Position numbers and translations under genes: made by a program
The notes under the pieces: generated by a model
What the model saw: only the letters and a program-made list of their open reading frames with translations
What the model was told of the DNA's origin: nothing
Database searches by the model: none
NCBI RefSeq assembly: GCF_037042905.1
Contig: NC_087251.1
Span: forward strand, 23,066,001 to 23,130,000
Length of the DNA: 64,000 bases
Direction: 5' to 3'
Source of the DNA: Lytechinus pictus
Lineage: Eukaryota
Shown: positions 11,933 through 26,900 of the stretch, piece by piece
Layout: every line of letters starts with the position of its first letter
Numbering within the stretch: position 1 is the first letter of the stretch

Positions 11933-14900
11933 GTAAGTTCATTTGTTTTCAAATAAATAATATAATCATGCCCTAAATCCTCTAAGTGTCACGTTACTGA
12001 TGTCGAACAGTTAGTCTTCATGTTGTAATGTACCGGTACCGAATCTGGAACTAAATAAAGGAAGTGCTGTGTGTGTTTGTGTAGACTGCCTTACGGAATA
12101 CGGTACGCGCCGCCGGGGCCTGTTGTTTAGTTACTGAATACTGTTGCATGAAACTGTCTTTTGTAATCATCGTACATGTATATCGGTGCTAGAGAGTAAA
12201 AATCATTCACTAATGTGTGCTTACTCTAGCTCCCACGGAGCCAGGGATTGCGTCCCATTCATGTGCGTGTATGATGGGGTGTCCAAACTTCGCGCACTTT
12301 TCAAAAATATTCATCAGGCTTAATTTTGTTCACAAAATATTCATAATTTATACAAAACCAATTCAAGAAATAGTTACTACATTGACGGCAAGATCGTAAA
12401 CTATAAAATCATGGACGAAAATGTAAAGTAGGTCAAGGGGTTTCGCCGGTATCGCGATCTCAAAATTCTATTCCGATCGGCGAATGCGGGCTGTGCTGAA
12501 AAACCGTTCAGAAAAGTGTGACCTAACTTCGCGCACCAAAGCTTTTGTGGAGATTTAAACAAAAACTCAAGTTCAAAAAGTGAAAAATTGAATCAGATTG
12601 ATGGCAAAATGCTATGGAATCGGTTAGTACCACATTTAACTCACATTTTTGATGATTTCTGCTTGCAAAATGGTGATATCGTGATGCTTGTGATTTCTTC
12701 AAAACGGGCGCTAGCGGTGACAAATTTGCCGATCTTTTGCCAATATTTTCATGAATACTGAACTCATCCTAAAGAAATTTTCATTATATGGTAATTTTAG
12801 GTCGCTTTTCACGTTGATGATGTCAGATTTTAAGGATATTGGCTAGTTTTTGAGATAAGGACCGTCCGCGAAGTATGGACACGCGCGAAGTTTGGACACA
12901 CTGCCATACTGCAAAAAAAACTGAAATTTTCGCCCCCAAGATTTCTAAATTCTACTCTAACTCTAAGTCTAAGTTAAAAAAAAAAAGATCTAGGCCTAGA
13001 CTCTACCTGAGAGTGGAGGTACCTCAGCCTCAGGCGATGTTCGTGCAGGCTCCACTTCACTACCGCTACACTACGCTCCACCTACCCGAACATCCGGACA
13101 GTGAACTAGATCGGATATTCCGAGTCATAAAAGGTGGGATGGCAATCATGGTTATCGTAAAAATTAAAGAAAAAAATATAACGACGGATATGAATGACTT
13201 AATATCTTACTCTATACCCGTATTTCACTCCGTGTCCATCCTCCGGTTATCCTCAAAATTTGTGATTTTGGGCCAGTATCTTTTTCCTCACACGTATTAT
13301 TCACGGCCGATTTCAAAACATCGCATGCGATCGCAATCGATCAGCGACCCGATGTTCGGGTAGGTGGAGGGTAGTGTAGCGGTAGTGAAGTGGAGTGGAG
13401 CCTGCACGAACATCGCCTGAGGTACCGGGAAGGGGGGGATGTGGGGGGCACTCAGTAATGCGTGGTGGGTATATTATAACTATGCCATGGAGGGGACCCC
13501 CATTTTTACACTCAATTTTCCGTTCCAAGGCATAACATTTTAATCTTATTGAGAAAAGAATCAAAGAAAGCTGCTCCAAAGCAAAGCATTTTCTTATCTA
13601 GAATTAGAAAAAAGAATAAATCCGTTCCAAACCTTTGCATATTTTTCGTTATGCAGTTCCGGCCACATTGACCCACTACAATGAGCTGCAATTTCGGTAA
13701 AAAATGGCCGCAGAGCGCTGTCCGACCATCGCCTCTGCGCGGGCGCACCCACCACCCATGCCGCTGTGCTAGCTGCATGCACGTGCCCGTTCCACAGGGA
13801 TGCATGTACGCACTCACACGCAGGCGACTCGTCCCAAGGAATCCCGTTTTCACAAAACTAAGTTCCGGAGCCTGTCCCAAAGACCCTCCTTTTACAATAT
13901 ACCCGCTCCAAAGCCCCTATTTTTGTCTCGCCCACGACACACCTACCACTTTTTTGGTCGAGTACCCCCCTCCCCTTGGAGATTCTAGCGGCGGATACAA
14001 CTTCATTTCTGACATTTCTACAATATTGATTTCATTTTTAAACGAACTCATTGAAAAAACAAGAAAAATATTATGTTTAGACTGGGAAAACTTGCCGCAA
14101 TCTTTACGTCGCCATCTTGTTTTCTATGTTTTTTCGCCAAGATACAAGACGTACATGTATATCCCGATATGAAGATAATGAAAATTGTTGATATTAAGGT
14201 GATTGCTTCTCGCTTTCAATTTTTTTTTTTTTTTTCGTAGATTAACGTAAGAAAAATATTGATTATTCATATTTTTGCTAACTTTTGAGGTGTTTACAAC
14301 ATACATGTATAGCAAATATTTGTATTCTTGCAATGGTGTGACACTTTGCATTCGGTGAAAGGAAGAGACACTATTCAACTCCACTATGCCTAGTTGAAAA
14401 GAGCATTAAGGTCAATAAACTTTGGCCATGTTGGAAGTAATTATTAAATTGCTGTCATAACTTTCAAAGTTTATGGATATAGTTTATGAATTGTGGACAT
14501 AGGGGTAATCAAGTATCACTGACAAGTCTTTGGTCACATGATCAAGGTCAAATGTAATTTAGGGTCAATGCACGTAGTATTCATTATATGAATGGTGTTT
14601 TTTGTGAATAATTATTTCATAGTAGTTTTCAAAGTCAGTGCTGCTGCTATATTGAATCGCGTAATGCAGGTGAGACTGCCAGTGGCGCTCCACTTGTTAA
14701 TGCTTTTCTTCTTATTCTTCGGGCCACCAAACTTGTGGAGCCTTGACTTAAAATGCGAAATCTCGCACTCATGCCTACCGGTATTCACTATATATATACA
14801 TGTAATATCTCGACTCATGAAAAGTTTAACATATTTTTTAATATATTCTTGAAGCTTATATAAACTTCTGTAACAGAATAAAATAAAGCTATCTCTAGTC

Positions 14901-17900
14901 TCCTGTGCACTCCTGTTCCAATAAAGTCAAATCACTAAATCTCTCCTATTAGTATTAAACATATAATAAAAACCTAACTGAAGAAGGTGAACACATAACA
15001 ACTCAGATGTAAACAAGATGAATCCCAGGTCGGCACTCACTTTACTTTCTTTTCTAAAAATCACATGTACCAATGCACTCCATTAAATCATTAATCAACT
15101 CAACCAGTCAAATAAAAGAAAAGTGGTATAGCCCATTTAAAAAATGAACTAACCTTATTCAAAAATAAGAACCTATAAAGCAAAGAGGGGTGATCATGAG
15201 GTGGAACTGAATGGGAACTAAACAATAAGGCCATGTGGAGTAGAAAAGCAATGTAAAACTAGGAAGCATGACTGAGGGCAAATGATTGAGAGAATGAGAT
15301 GCAATGAACCTGGTGAATTGCCGTTGCTATGACAGACGAACAATGTTTAGTGGAGATGGAATGAAGGATGAGATTAGAACACAGTAATGTATGTCAAATT
15401 TGAAGATAGAATGAAGGATGAACTCTTGACTTGGGATGTAAATAAACAAATTTATGATTTTATGAAAATTTTTCATTCTGTAATAAGAGATCCAATTGAT
15501 GAAGAAGACTAAATATTTTGCTGATACTATCGATATCAAACAATGTCGCGGACTTGGGGAAAAAAATTGCCTCGATATGTGGTCTACATAATTATGTAGT
15601 TAAATTATTTTGCACGCTGGTTCAACTCTGATGACACTCTGTTTTGTAACTTTCTTTATATTCTTCTTTCACTGCATCACTTTCTACAGTTGGTGATGAA
15701 TTGATAAGTAGCATCGGGAGAGGGCTCTGTATTCTTGTTGGAATATCAAAAGATGACACTCCTAAAGAAAGAGAATACATGTAAGTATAGTTACAATGTA
15801 GGTTCTTCTTTTAAGCCAAACCTACAGTACATCGCCAGGGGTATCACCACAGGTTAAAAATGTCTGGATCCTGGAAAATACACCTACATGTATACAATCA
15901 TCTTTTGCAGATTTTTTTTTAAAGGAAACTCTCATTGAATTATGATATACATGTACATGTTGGTTTAAAAATTTGTAATGCAACATGCAGGGAGCCTTGA
16001 AGAATAATTTTTTGTTTCATATGTATGTTAAAGTCAAAGTTAAAATAAAAGTATTTTGAATATTTTATCTTTCATATATCATCAGCATACAACTAGTATG
16101 TGTTTGTAACTTATTTTAGTTTTTGATAGCAAAATTTCAGAATATAAATCTTTTATTTTGCATCTAATTTCAGGAAATTTCAGTTTTATGCTTGTTTGGT
16201 TATTTATTTATTTTTTTTCATTAAAATAAACTTTATCTGTATTCTGACTCAAGTACATTTCAGAAAAATTGTATCTTCTTCCTCCTCCGATGATCAGTGA
16301 CGGTGATCAACAGCTCTCAGCTGTAAGGAAAATCAAATCTAAGTACAGGTCATACATTGTAGGTGCATGGATATTGTTTTTTGTTTAAAAAAAGTTCAGT
16401 TCTGGGGTATAGCAGCATAGAAATAGGGTTTGGAGAACCCTATAACAGTTTTAAGTTGGAAGGACAGGGTTTGGGAGAAGGATGAAGCGTTAGAAGGCAA
16501 GTGGGTAGGCTTTCCTTTTAAAGGCAGACTGTTGAGATAGAAGAAGAGGAAGCTAAGTGATGGGCATATCATTTGTCACACTGACGTATGTATATTAAAA
16601 ACAAGTTATTAAGATTAAGATACACATATAAAAACGACAGCCAGTTGTTAATTCTTTTGAAATTATTTGTATTTTTCCCCTCAGAGTCAGGAAGATTTTA
16701 AACCTGAGATTGTTTGATGATGAAAATGACAAAAGATGGGCAAAGAGTGTCAGAGACAAACAACTGGAAATCCTGTGTGTGAGTCAGGTATGTTGGATTC
16801 ATTTTTAATTCTATCGTCATTAGGGCTATATAAACATTTAAATTTGTATTGTGCTTTGCGCCCTTTTTGCAGTCTGTTTTCATATTGCATTGTCTGAGTT
16901 TTTGGAGATGAACAAAGCCTGTTTACCTTTGCCATGCATCGCAATTTTGACCATGATTTGTGTAAAGCTGTTTAAGGCAAATTAATCACTTCAGGCATTT
17001 TTACTCTGATCAATGTATACATTTGTAGGTGAAGATCACAGATTAATCTCGTATTTTTGAAATGGAAGTTGAATTTCAGAAAAATAAAATCTTCAAAGAA
17101 TTCTTTGTTAGTTTCAAGGAACTAGATTTCTAAAATGCCCCTTGGCTTTATTTAGACGGTGAAAAGATATTCATTTGTAGGCCATTATTACTTTGAATGA
17201 AGGATAATTATGATGCATAATTTCCTTCTTAATCTTTTCTATGATTAATATTTGCCATTTAAACGTCATGCTGTTAGAGATAGAAAAAATAATATATTCC
17301 AATTGTTTTGTTATCAACGCTATAATAATAATATACGATGTGTGTAGGCAAGCATATATGGCAGTTCAATGCCCCCTTTTACAGTGTAGATTTAAAAAAA
17401 TGATCCTTCTAATTTTCGGAGATTCATGTTTCATAGCTGTATTGCATTTATTTATTTTTTGTTTTATATTTCAGTTTACACTATACTCTATACTGAAGGG
17501 TAATAAACCAGATTTTCATCAGGCAATGCCAGGTGATCAGTCACAAATATACTACAATGAATTTCTTGATATGTTGAGAGAGGATTATCACCCTGATAAG
17601 ATTAAAGGTAAGCTTGTATATTTGCATTATCAGCTGAACAGCAATTCTAAGTAGGCCTACCGTAATTTTATAATTATAATGGGGGTAATGTATATTGACA
17701 TGTCATCACTAGACATATGTATGCTGATGAAATGATGGCTGAGTCATTGGAAATATAACTTTCTGGATTTCAATGCCATCTTTACTTGTCGGAATTTAGT
17801 ATTTTGTTGAATAAAATTTTAGATGGAATTTGAACGCTTTGAACGCCGGTAGAAAAATAATTAAAGAAATAATAGATTTCCATGTTCCTCACAGCCATTA

Positions 17901-20900
17901 TGTTGTATCTGTTATGATTATCGAATGAAATTGATTAAGTGAAATCGGGCCCGTTTTATAAAGACTCACAAGTGTTGTAACTTTGCTACTATGGCAACTA
18001 CCATGGCAACAGGGCTCAGCAGCCAATCAAAATCAAGGTTACCATGGTAGTTGCCATAATGGCAAATTTACAACAGTTGCAACTCTTTATGAAACTGGCC
18101 CCTGAAGTGCTCTGGAGACAAGTATTTGTGTAATCTACAATTGATGTACACATGCATGTATAAATTTTGGATGTCATGACTCATGACCTTATGTTAACAC
18201 ATTCTATTTGAAAATAATCATGGACTTTCCTAATCTTTAGATCTTAAATTCTTATATTACAGTATTGAACAATGTAGATTTCTGAACCATAACTATTGAA
18301 ATCACAAGCAGGTTGTTAATTAAAGCATGTCACACCTTCTCATTTTCCTGTTATAAATTACATTTTAATGTTTATGATGTCTCCTTGAGGAGGCAATGCC
18401 TTGATACATCTTGCACCATTTGTCAAATTAAATTTTCATTTTTTTAATAAATTTTTTATTCATTAAAATCGGTTGTGAAATAAGCAAGTTATGGACGTTT
18501 AAAGAGTCCTGTTGCACTCTCTATGGGAATCCCCAAATTGGCAAACATGCCTCAAAACGGCGGACCCCGCGACAACCCTCCATCCGCTTTGCACACAAAA
18601 TTTCAGATCCTCCCCATTATCTTTAAAATTGCATATTGCCTCATTCTGAGCATAACATTAAGTCATAGGAAAATATATTTCACACCACATATATCAAGGT
18701 TAGGAGATGATGTGAAATATGTAAAACAAATTGATGACATGCAGTACAGTAGAGATATGATTCATATGAATGTATATGTTCGCCCCACTGTGATGGAAAA
18801 AGTGCAAGGGATGTTGAAGGCAGTGATGCACAAGACAGTGATGCACCTGGACAAGAAAATGGAGACATACGATATTGCCAATCCTACTTCTATAATTTAA
18901 TTTTCACAGATTTTAAGGTTTTAATTTGAATGTGAATATCGTGTTTTACATTCAGGCAGAATTAAATAGCACAAATTAGGCTGCCATCACTTGTTACCTC
19001 AGAACACCATAATTTGACAGGAGCCATGGTGGCTCAAAGTATTGGTATGATGGGCCCATTGGCCTTGTTCATAAGAGTTTGGAACTCACTTGAGATTATT
19101 GTCATTTAGTCTGATGCCCACATGGTCTTATCCTAGCTCATCTTCAACCAGTTTGTCTTTAAAAAAAATAGCCAGATTACAATTTTCCCAATTTCCAGTC
19201 AAGCTAATGTTGTATACTACCTACAGTAATGTACCGGTATGCAAATTTTGCGAAATATCCAGTCGATCTAACACCGCATAGTAAGTTGACACTACAGAGT
19301 GGACATTACATACATATTGACAGTTAGCTCAAGTACATGTATGTGGTGATGGTTGGACTAATTGGCAAAGACCAAGTGGGTTTAGCCATGATGGTGTTAG
19401 ACGATTTTCTGCCACATATACGTAGTTGACCAAGTGATTACGAAACTTGTCATGAAGGCATGCATGTTCACATCCATGCTTACTGTGTAGAGTGACATTC
19501 TCATACTTAAATTGGCAGATGGTCGATTTGGAGCACACATGCAAGTTCATATACAAAACGATGGACCTGTCACCATACAGCTAGACTCACCACCAGACTC
19601 TGGCATGAGCACGGGTCAGGAGTCTGCAGGCAATGCCGACCTGTTGAGGCACTCCAGACAGGTGAGTTTGAAGTTTGCAGTGAAGGGTGTTTCTATCTCA
19701 TGTAAAATGGCAATTGTATTTGTGTGATGTGAATAGAGCAGGCCTTAAAATTTTGATATGATATTGTGAGGGCGAGGTCGTGTTGCTATAGGGCATATCT
19801 CTATATTGCAGTACAAATTAGGCACAACAAATATCCGAGGCCGATCAGAGGGGCATTGAGGCCAATCAATAGACCATCAGAGGTTTGTGGCCTTGGTGGC
19901 CTTGGATTAATTCATGCCCTGATAGAGTGTATGGATATGTGGATACCTTAGTGCCTAATTATGATTTCTAGAGGATAGAGGGGGGGAAGTAGAGAGACAG
20001 ACAGAGAGAAAGAAGGAGAGAGAGAGAGAGGGCATGATTCAGAGTGCTAGGGGGAAGAGAGCAGTGAAAATTGAAGAGTACACTACACCTTACATATATG
20101 TTTACAATAGGTGCATTTTTTAAGATTATCAAAGGGAGGCGAGAATCAGAGAATGCATCGTGTTTGATATTTTTAAGCATTTACATGCATCTCTATTGAC
20201 ATTCATTAAAAAAATTATTTGTTAGTGATGATGGACTATTGTACCATAAATCAATATGCCAGTCTTTCTTAGTTAAAATGTGTAAACAGTCATTTTGAGT
20301 GCACTTGTTGCAATCGCAAGAATCAATATTTCCTGGGTTATGTTATGTGATGTTGTCTGTAATAATGCAAAGTGGATACAGCATGTAATGGTTGGTGTTC
20401 TTTACAGCTTGTCCAATTTTGAAATTATTCTTCACAGATTTGCATGTGTCCAGCAGTTTTCAGTGCTTGAGATTTGAATACAAATGATGTACTTTATTGT
20501 AATGTTGAAGTTAAAAATCTTAACATTTTGCTACAAAAGAAGTGGAACCTATTTTGACAGTTACTACCTGTATAACCGGTTAGATTTCAAACTCCATTGT
20601 TCTTAATTCTTACATGTAGATGTATCTGTACTGTATGTCCTCATTGTCTTAATAAGAAAACCAAAATGCATGAGATCATGTTAGTACAGTACCTCTAAAT
20701 ATAAAGATATTTACCTTTGAGAATTATTGCTTTTTATTATGGTATTAATGATGTGTCTTAGACTCTGTATGCATTACTGTTTGTGTTACAATGGCCAGAC
20801 CAAAAAAAAAAAAGATATTATTAATTATTATCCTTATTCTACCCATGTTCTCCAAGAGAATTTTCCAGTGAAGTTTGTACCGATAGTACATACATGTAGA

Positions 20901-23900
20901 ATTCATCAGGCTTGAGTCATGTTTATTTGGAAAAACATTTTATTGCCATTAATAAATTGGTGGTTGGGGTTAACTGGGGGGGGGGGGGGTGAATTTCTCC
21001 AAAAGTTAGAGAAGTTTCACAATAACTGAATAAAAATAATTTCAAGGAAATATGAGAAATGGATGATATTTCATGGATGTAAAGATGTGAAATGTGAAAT
21101 TTCAGCAACTTTTTGGGCAGTTTTTTTTTCGGGGGGGGGGGGGGGTCAAACTGTTACATTAAAGTAGGAATATTTTTACACTTCTATTTAGTTGATTGAA
21201 CAATGTATAAATGACTCAGCCATAGAATGCACAGGTCTAGTGTTATCTCCCAACATAATGAAGCAATTATCACGGATACATGTATGTGTACAAGTTGTGT
21301 TCATATACTTGTGTGCTTTTCAGAGGACAAAATTCTTTTTAAAAAATGTACAATGAAAAAACCTAGCTTGTGTTTTGTTGTTTCTGAAATGAACCATATA
21401 AAGCAGACATATTATTGAGTGATTCATATGATCAAACCAGATGCAATTTAAACTTGTTTTATTGGGAAGAAAAGGAAAGCGATAAAATCTGAATTCATTT
21501 GCCACAAGCATTTAAAATGCAACGAGCAACTCTACCCTAAGCTTGCATGTTACCTGCACGAGCTGCCACCCGACAACGATTTACCATTTATTAATAAGGT
21601 TAGTGTATTGTAATTATAATTTACCTTTGTATTAATGTTTCAAATTGTTTGTCATAATACATGTAGGCCTATTACATACTTTGTACGTATGTAGATAAGT
21701 CCCACATGATAGAAAATTTGAAATGTACTTCATTTTCATTTTTTGTGTAGCTACATGTAACATGTTAAATAGTACATACTACATGTAGTAGTCCTTTATT
21801 AAAACCTAATGCAATAACAAATACATGTTTTATTTTTAGTAATTTAATCTGAGTTTGTCAATTTTACATAGTTGTAACCTAAAGTTGTTATTTTTTTAAT
21901 AAGAAACTGTCAAAATGGTTGTCCCTTCTTGTAGCAATATGATTTTTTTTCAAGTTGTGTACACGTTTTAATAATACATACATACGAAAACATACAGTAT
22001 TTACTAATAAAGATACCGAAAAACATTTACAATCTAGGCTAGATAGTGCAGAGTAAAGAGCTAGAACTAGTCTATAGTTAGCTGCTTGCTGTAGGTTCTT
22101 GTGAATTGTGTTTTTGATTATTTCTCCACATCGAAAGTGTATAGTTTTATGAATAAATTACTATTGTGATGTTTTTTATGAAAGCAAGCAAGCATGTGAT
22201 CTTCAAACACGATTCTCCCATGATTGCTCTGACACAGGATTTGGTTAACCTCAAGCGAAAGTATACGGAATTGCCAGCCAACACTGCAGAGTTTGCACCA
22301 TCACACTCTAAAAATGTTCAGTTGGAGAATTCAGATGGATATCTTGCCTGTTGTGTATGCAGCAGTGGCCTCTCTCACGTGGATGGACGACATTTGACAG
22401 GTACCCTGTGCAGGGGCTGTGGCCGTGGGCTTCATCAAAAATGTGCTATGCTTCATCAGTGTGAGCTCAGTGCTGATACACATGGAATCACTAACAACAC
22501 CAAGGTGATTGATCCCTTTGATGGCCTCAAGGCCAATTTATGCTTTCATTGTACAAGTTGTGCTAAAATAATGTAGCAAAGATTCATTCCTACAGTGTGT
22601 ACAGTAAATACTATAGGCCTACATGTACATGTATATGCCCAAATATCATACTACAAGGGAATGGATACATGATGTGGACATGTACATGTAAATTATATGA
22701 AATTATTATATCTATGTACCATGAACAAAATAAATAAAATTGAACACACCAAGGTTTTGATATATACTGTACTACATTATATTATAAAATGAAGAGATTC
22801 ATAGGCGTCAAAACTACGAGGTAGAGGTACCCTACATTTAAACAGAAATAGCATTGAACAAATACCGCTATATTAATTTACAAGGCAATTCATTACGCAT
22901 TTGTTATTTTTCAGCCATTCTGTGTGTACCCATTCCCCTTTCATTTGTGTTCCAAATTTTGTACATATTAGGGTTCCCTTGCTAATTATCAGGTCTGACA
23001 TGACTTCCTGTTATTACCCTGAGGCCCTGCAATGGGGCCCCTGTACTTAGCCTGTGGGTGCCAGGAAATTGAATATGAAAAAAATTCTGCCTGCGCTGTA
23101 GAGTCGGTGAGCACTTTATGTAGGAAAGGCCCATAAAACACGAACCATACGTTCCCTTGTGCACTGTACAAATGATAATTTATAGTGCCGGTTGCAGTTT
23201 AAAGACATATCTGATTTTCTTTTTCTTTTGGATTATGCTTTGAAAAATCTACTTGAGGTCTGTGTTTAGGGTATTTTGATGATACTGCATCCAAAGAATT
23301 CAATCACTGTAACATTTCCATTTACAATACATGAACATGTACTAGTACATGAAATATACAGGTAGTATTAAAAGAAAATGTGAAAGAATATCTATCGGCA
23401 TCGTTCGTATATGTGCAAGGAGCGTATCAAGTGGTCTATTCCTAACATATCTTCTTTTGTTCTGAGTGTATGTACATTATAATCTCTTGTGAAGACAAAT
23501 AATATTTTGACTCACTGCAACAATGAAAAAATAAATCCAGAAACTACACATATGCATATATGTGAAGCAATCCCCCATTATTATAACTTCTTAACTGGAT
23601 GGTTCTGAGCCAAATAATTTGATGGGACTCGGAATAATTATCCTGGTATCGCATCACAATTCTCTCCAAATATTTTTTTATATATTGTTACACAAAAACT
23701 TAAAACACATAGGAATGTCCAGAGCTGAGTTAAGACCATTTCTTTTATGACTCAAAATGCTAATTAAGTTTGGTAATCAAAATTATTCCTTTGAACTATT
23801 CTGATGCTCATCAATTTCTGTGTAATAATAATTGGTCCATGAAGTCAGGAATGAGCCCATGTATGTACTGAATGCAAAAATGTCTTGTTTCACAAGTCAA

Positions 23901-26900
23901 AAGAGTCATTGATATGATATATGATAGGCCTATAGACACCCTTGCAGTAAATACAGGTACATGTACCTCCTGAGTCCTGACAATTACATGTGTCATATTT
24001 ACAGTTCAATTGCTCAATATAATTCATTTTTCCCCCTTTCTCCGTTTTATTGACAAATCAAAATCCAATTTTCATGAGCAAAATAAATGTATTTGTGTGC
24101 TGTACAAACTAACAATACATACATGTATACATGCAGTCATGTCATGGTGCAAACTTTTACAGGTAAAGCAAGAAATTGTATTATTTACTGTTATTTTGGC
24201 ATTAAAAATGAATCCTGTCACTTTTGAAAATTAAAATTCTGCACTTAATGCATACTCACTGTAGATAATGATTATGCTGTACGAACTATTCCTGCCAAAT
24301 TATTTTGATAGAACTATGGTTTTCAATTGGTTCAAAGATTACTTAAGTAATCGACGCCATTATGTTTCTTTCAAATCAAAAACATCCAATATTTGTACCA
24401 TGAAATGTGGAGTACCACAAGGATCGATTTTAGGTCCCTTGCTATTTTTGATTTATATGAATGATATTGTAAATGCATCTCGAGAATTAACATACGTTTT
24501 ATTTGCAGACGATACAAATGTCTTCTATTCCCACAAAGACTTAAATATACTCGTCCCGACACTTAAATTAGAATTAAAGAAATTATCAAAATGGTTTAAA
24601 GCTAATAAACTCTCCCTAAATCTAAGCAAAACAAATTTTATGTACTTTAAACACATTCAAACTAAACATATGTTCCTTAATATATACATAGATGACATAC
24701 CTATCATTGAAAAACAAGAAACCAAATTTTTAGGTGTATGGATTGACTCAAATTTAACCTGGAACAGTCACATTCACAATATTTCCATGATGGCATCCAG
24801 AGGAATAGGAATTTTGTTTAGATTAAAATATTATCTCTCCAAAAAATCATTATTTATGCTTTATAATTCGTTCGTTTTATCCCACTTATCTTACTGCAAC
24901 TTAGTATGGGGGTATAGTAGTAAGGTAAAAATAGAAACGATTTTCCGTCTCCAAAAGAAAGCACTCCGCATATGTACTCATTCACATTTCATTGCACATA
25001 CTGATCCAATATTTCACAACTTAAAGACATTGAAAATTGAAGATATTAACATTTATCAAACCGTCATATTTATGTTTAAATTTTCATCCAATATTATCCC
25101 GATTCCATTTCGCAATTTTTTTGTTTACAACAAAGACATTCACAAATATCCAACACGACATTCAACAGATCTTCACTTAACCAACCCAAGAATATTACTC
25201 GCTCATAAGACGATACGCCACCATGGCCCAGATATTTGGAATGCATTGCCACATGATCTTAAACAATGTACATCTCTCTATTCGTTTAAAGCTTCGTTGA
25301 AAAAATTTCTTATATCTAAATATACCTAATTTGATTCACCTGCACTCACCCACATGCACACACTTGCAATTCTTTTTACCATTTTTTCTACCAATATATA
25401 TATATTTTTAAATCTTATATTTCGTGACGATCAATTTATCAAATATGATTTATGATGGTTTTCATGTAGCCCCCTCTCCTGGCTGCTATTGCTTCAAGCA
25501 CCTTTGTGCTTATAATAGCTGGCCCCTGTATTTTACCGAACTATATCACATGCTTAGGTATGATTTAATTATCAGTCTTTTCTGTATTATTTACAATGTA
25601 TCTCTTTAATTGTCACATTTAAATTGTATTCATTCAATTATGTGAACTTGTTAATTTATTATTGATTTATGAATAAAATGCAGAAACTCCTGCAAAAAAA
25701 AAAAGGGAGAGTTAATTTTTTAATTATTGAATGCTTCCCTGAATGATGTTTGAAATTAAAAAAATTTAATTTTAATTATGGATAAATGATTTATTCATAA
25801 AAATATCAACTGACTGTTATCTATTATATACATTGATCAGTCATGCATAAAGCAAAGAAAAGAAGAGATTTTTTAAAGGGTCAGTCTTTTTTTTTTTTTG
25901 GGGGGGGGCATTGTTTTTAGCCTGGCATGCACTACAACTCAGCACCTTTTGTTTTATACGGTAGGCCTTTAACGCAGATTATATGTAAAAAGAAATAAAA
26001 ATTAAGTAAAAACTAAGAAAATTAAAAGGATGCCAAAGACTATCTAAGCTAATAAGATGGGCATTGCGGCCTGTCTACAGGGAATGATAAACCATGGCTT
26101 TTTTTTGTCTTTGCTTTAATACTGTTATAAATATAAAGAAAGGAAAATGATTGATAATATTTCAATGTCACAATTCAACATTGCTACAATAAATGCATGC
26201 GAGACTGCCAGGGGCATTCTACTTGTTTTGTGATGTCATTGCTTAAATAGTACTCTATTACATTACTTAAAATTGTCTGAATGTCACTAGTCTAATTGAA
26301 ACCAAAAAAAACTCTGAATGGACAAGGCATGATGGGCTTGATTGCTCAAAGAAAGGTATAGAAATGACATAAATGTGCCCAGTTTACCATATTCTTGTTT
26401 TCGTGATGATTTTGGTTTGTAATGTCGATCAAATGAAAGATTAAAAAAGAATAGTATTATGGACAAAATACATGTATGTGATAATTTTTAATGGTACACT
26501 TTAATATAATTCACCCTTTCCTTTCTGAATATAGTTGTGTGTATCGTTGAAATTATACTTGGCTTACATATTAGAGTTCCATCATGTGTATTCTATTATA
26601 CTGAGAGTATTAGTATTTTCCCATACATGTAGTTTTAAATGCATGGGTGATGTTGAACTATTCCATTATTTTTCAGAAAAGAAATTTTGTTAAGTTACAA
26701 TACACTGTAAATAGACTACAAAGCATATGACTTCTGAAATGGTTTTTAAGCCCAGCTTTTATAGTGTAAATATCATCTTTCTTGGAAGTGTACATGTATT
26801 TCTGAATTAAATGCATTTATTTTGGTACGTGCAACTTGCAATTAGAATGATGGTGGGAGGAGACTTGTTCCCCCTGTACATAATGCATTCTTGCTTTTTC

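Noticed and set aside
13512..14172. Overlapping ORFs, similar to those at 61435-62005
   Set aside because: They arise from the GC-rich interior of a repeated MITE; no transposase motifs.
24268..24316. ATG-initiated start of the 353-aa RT ORF as a functional gene
   Set aside because: The first residues appear to come from flanking intron sequence; the RT lacks its N-terminal motifs and the endonuclease, so it is a 5'-truncated insertion.
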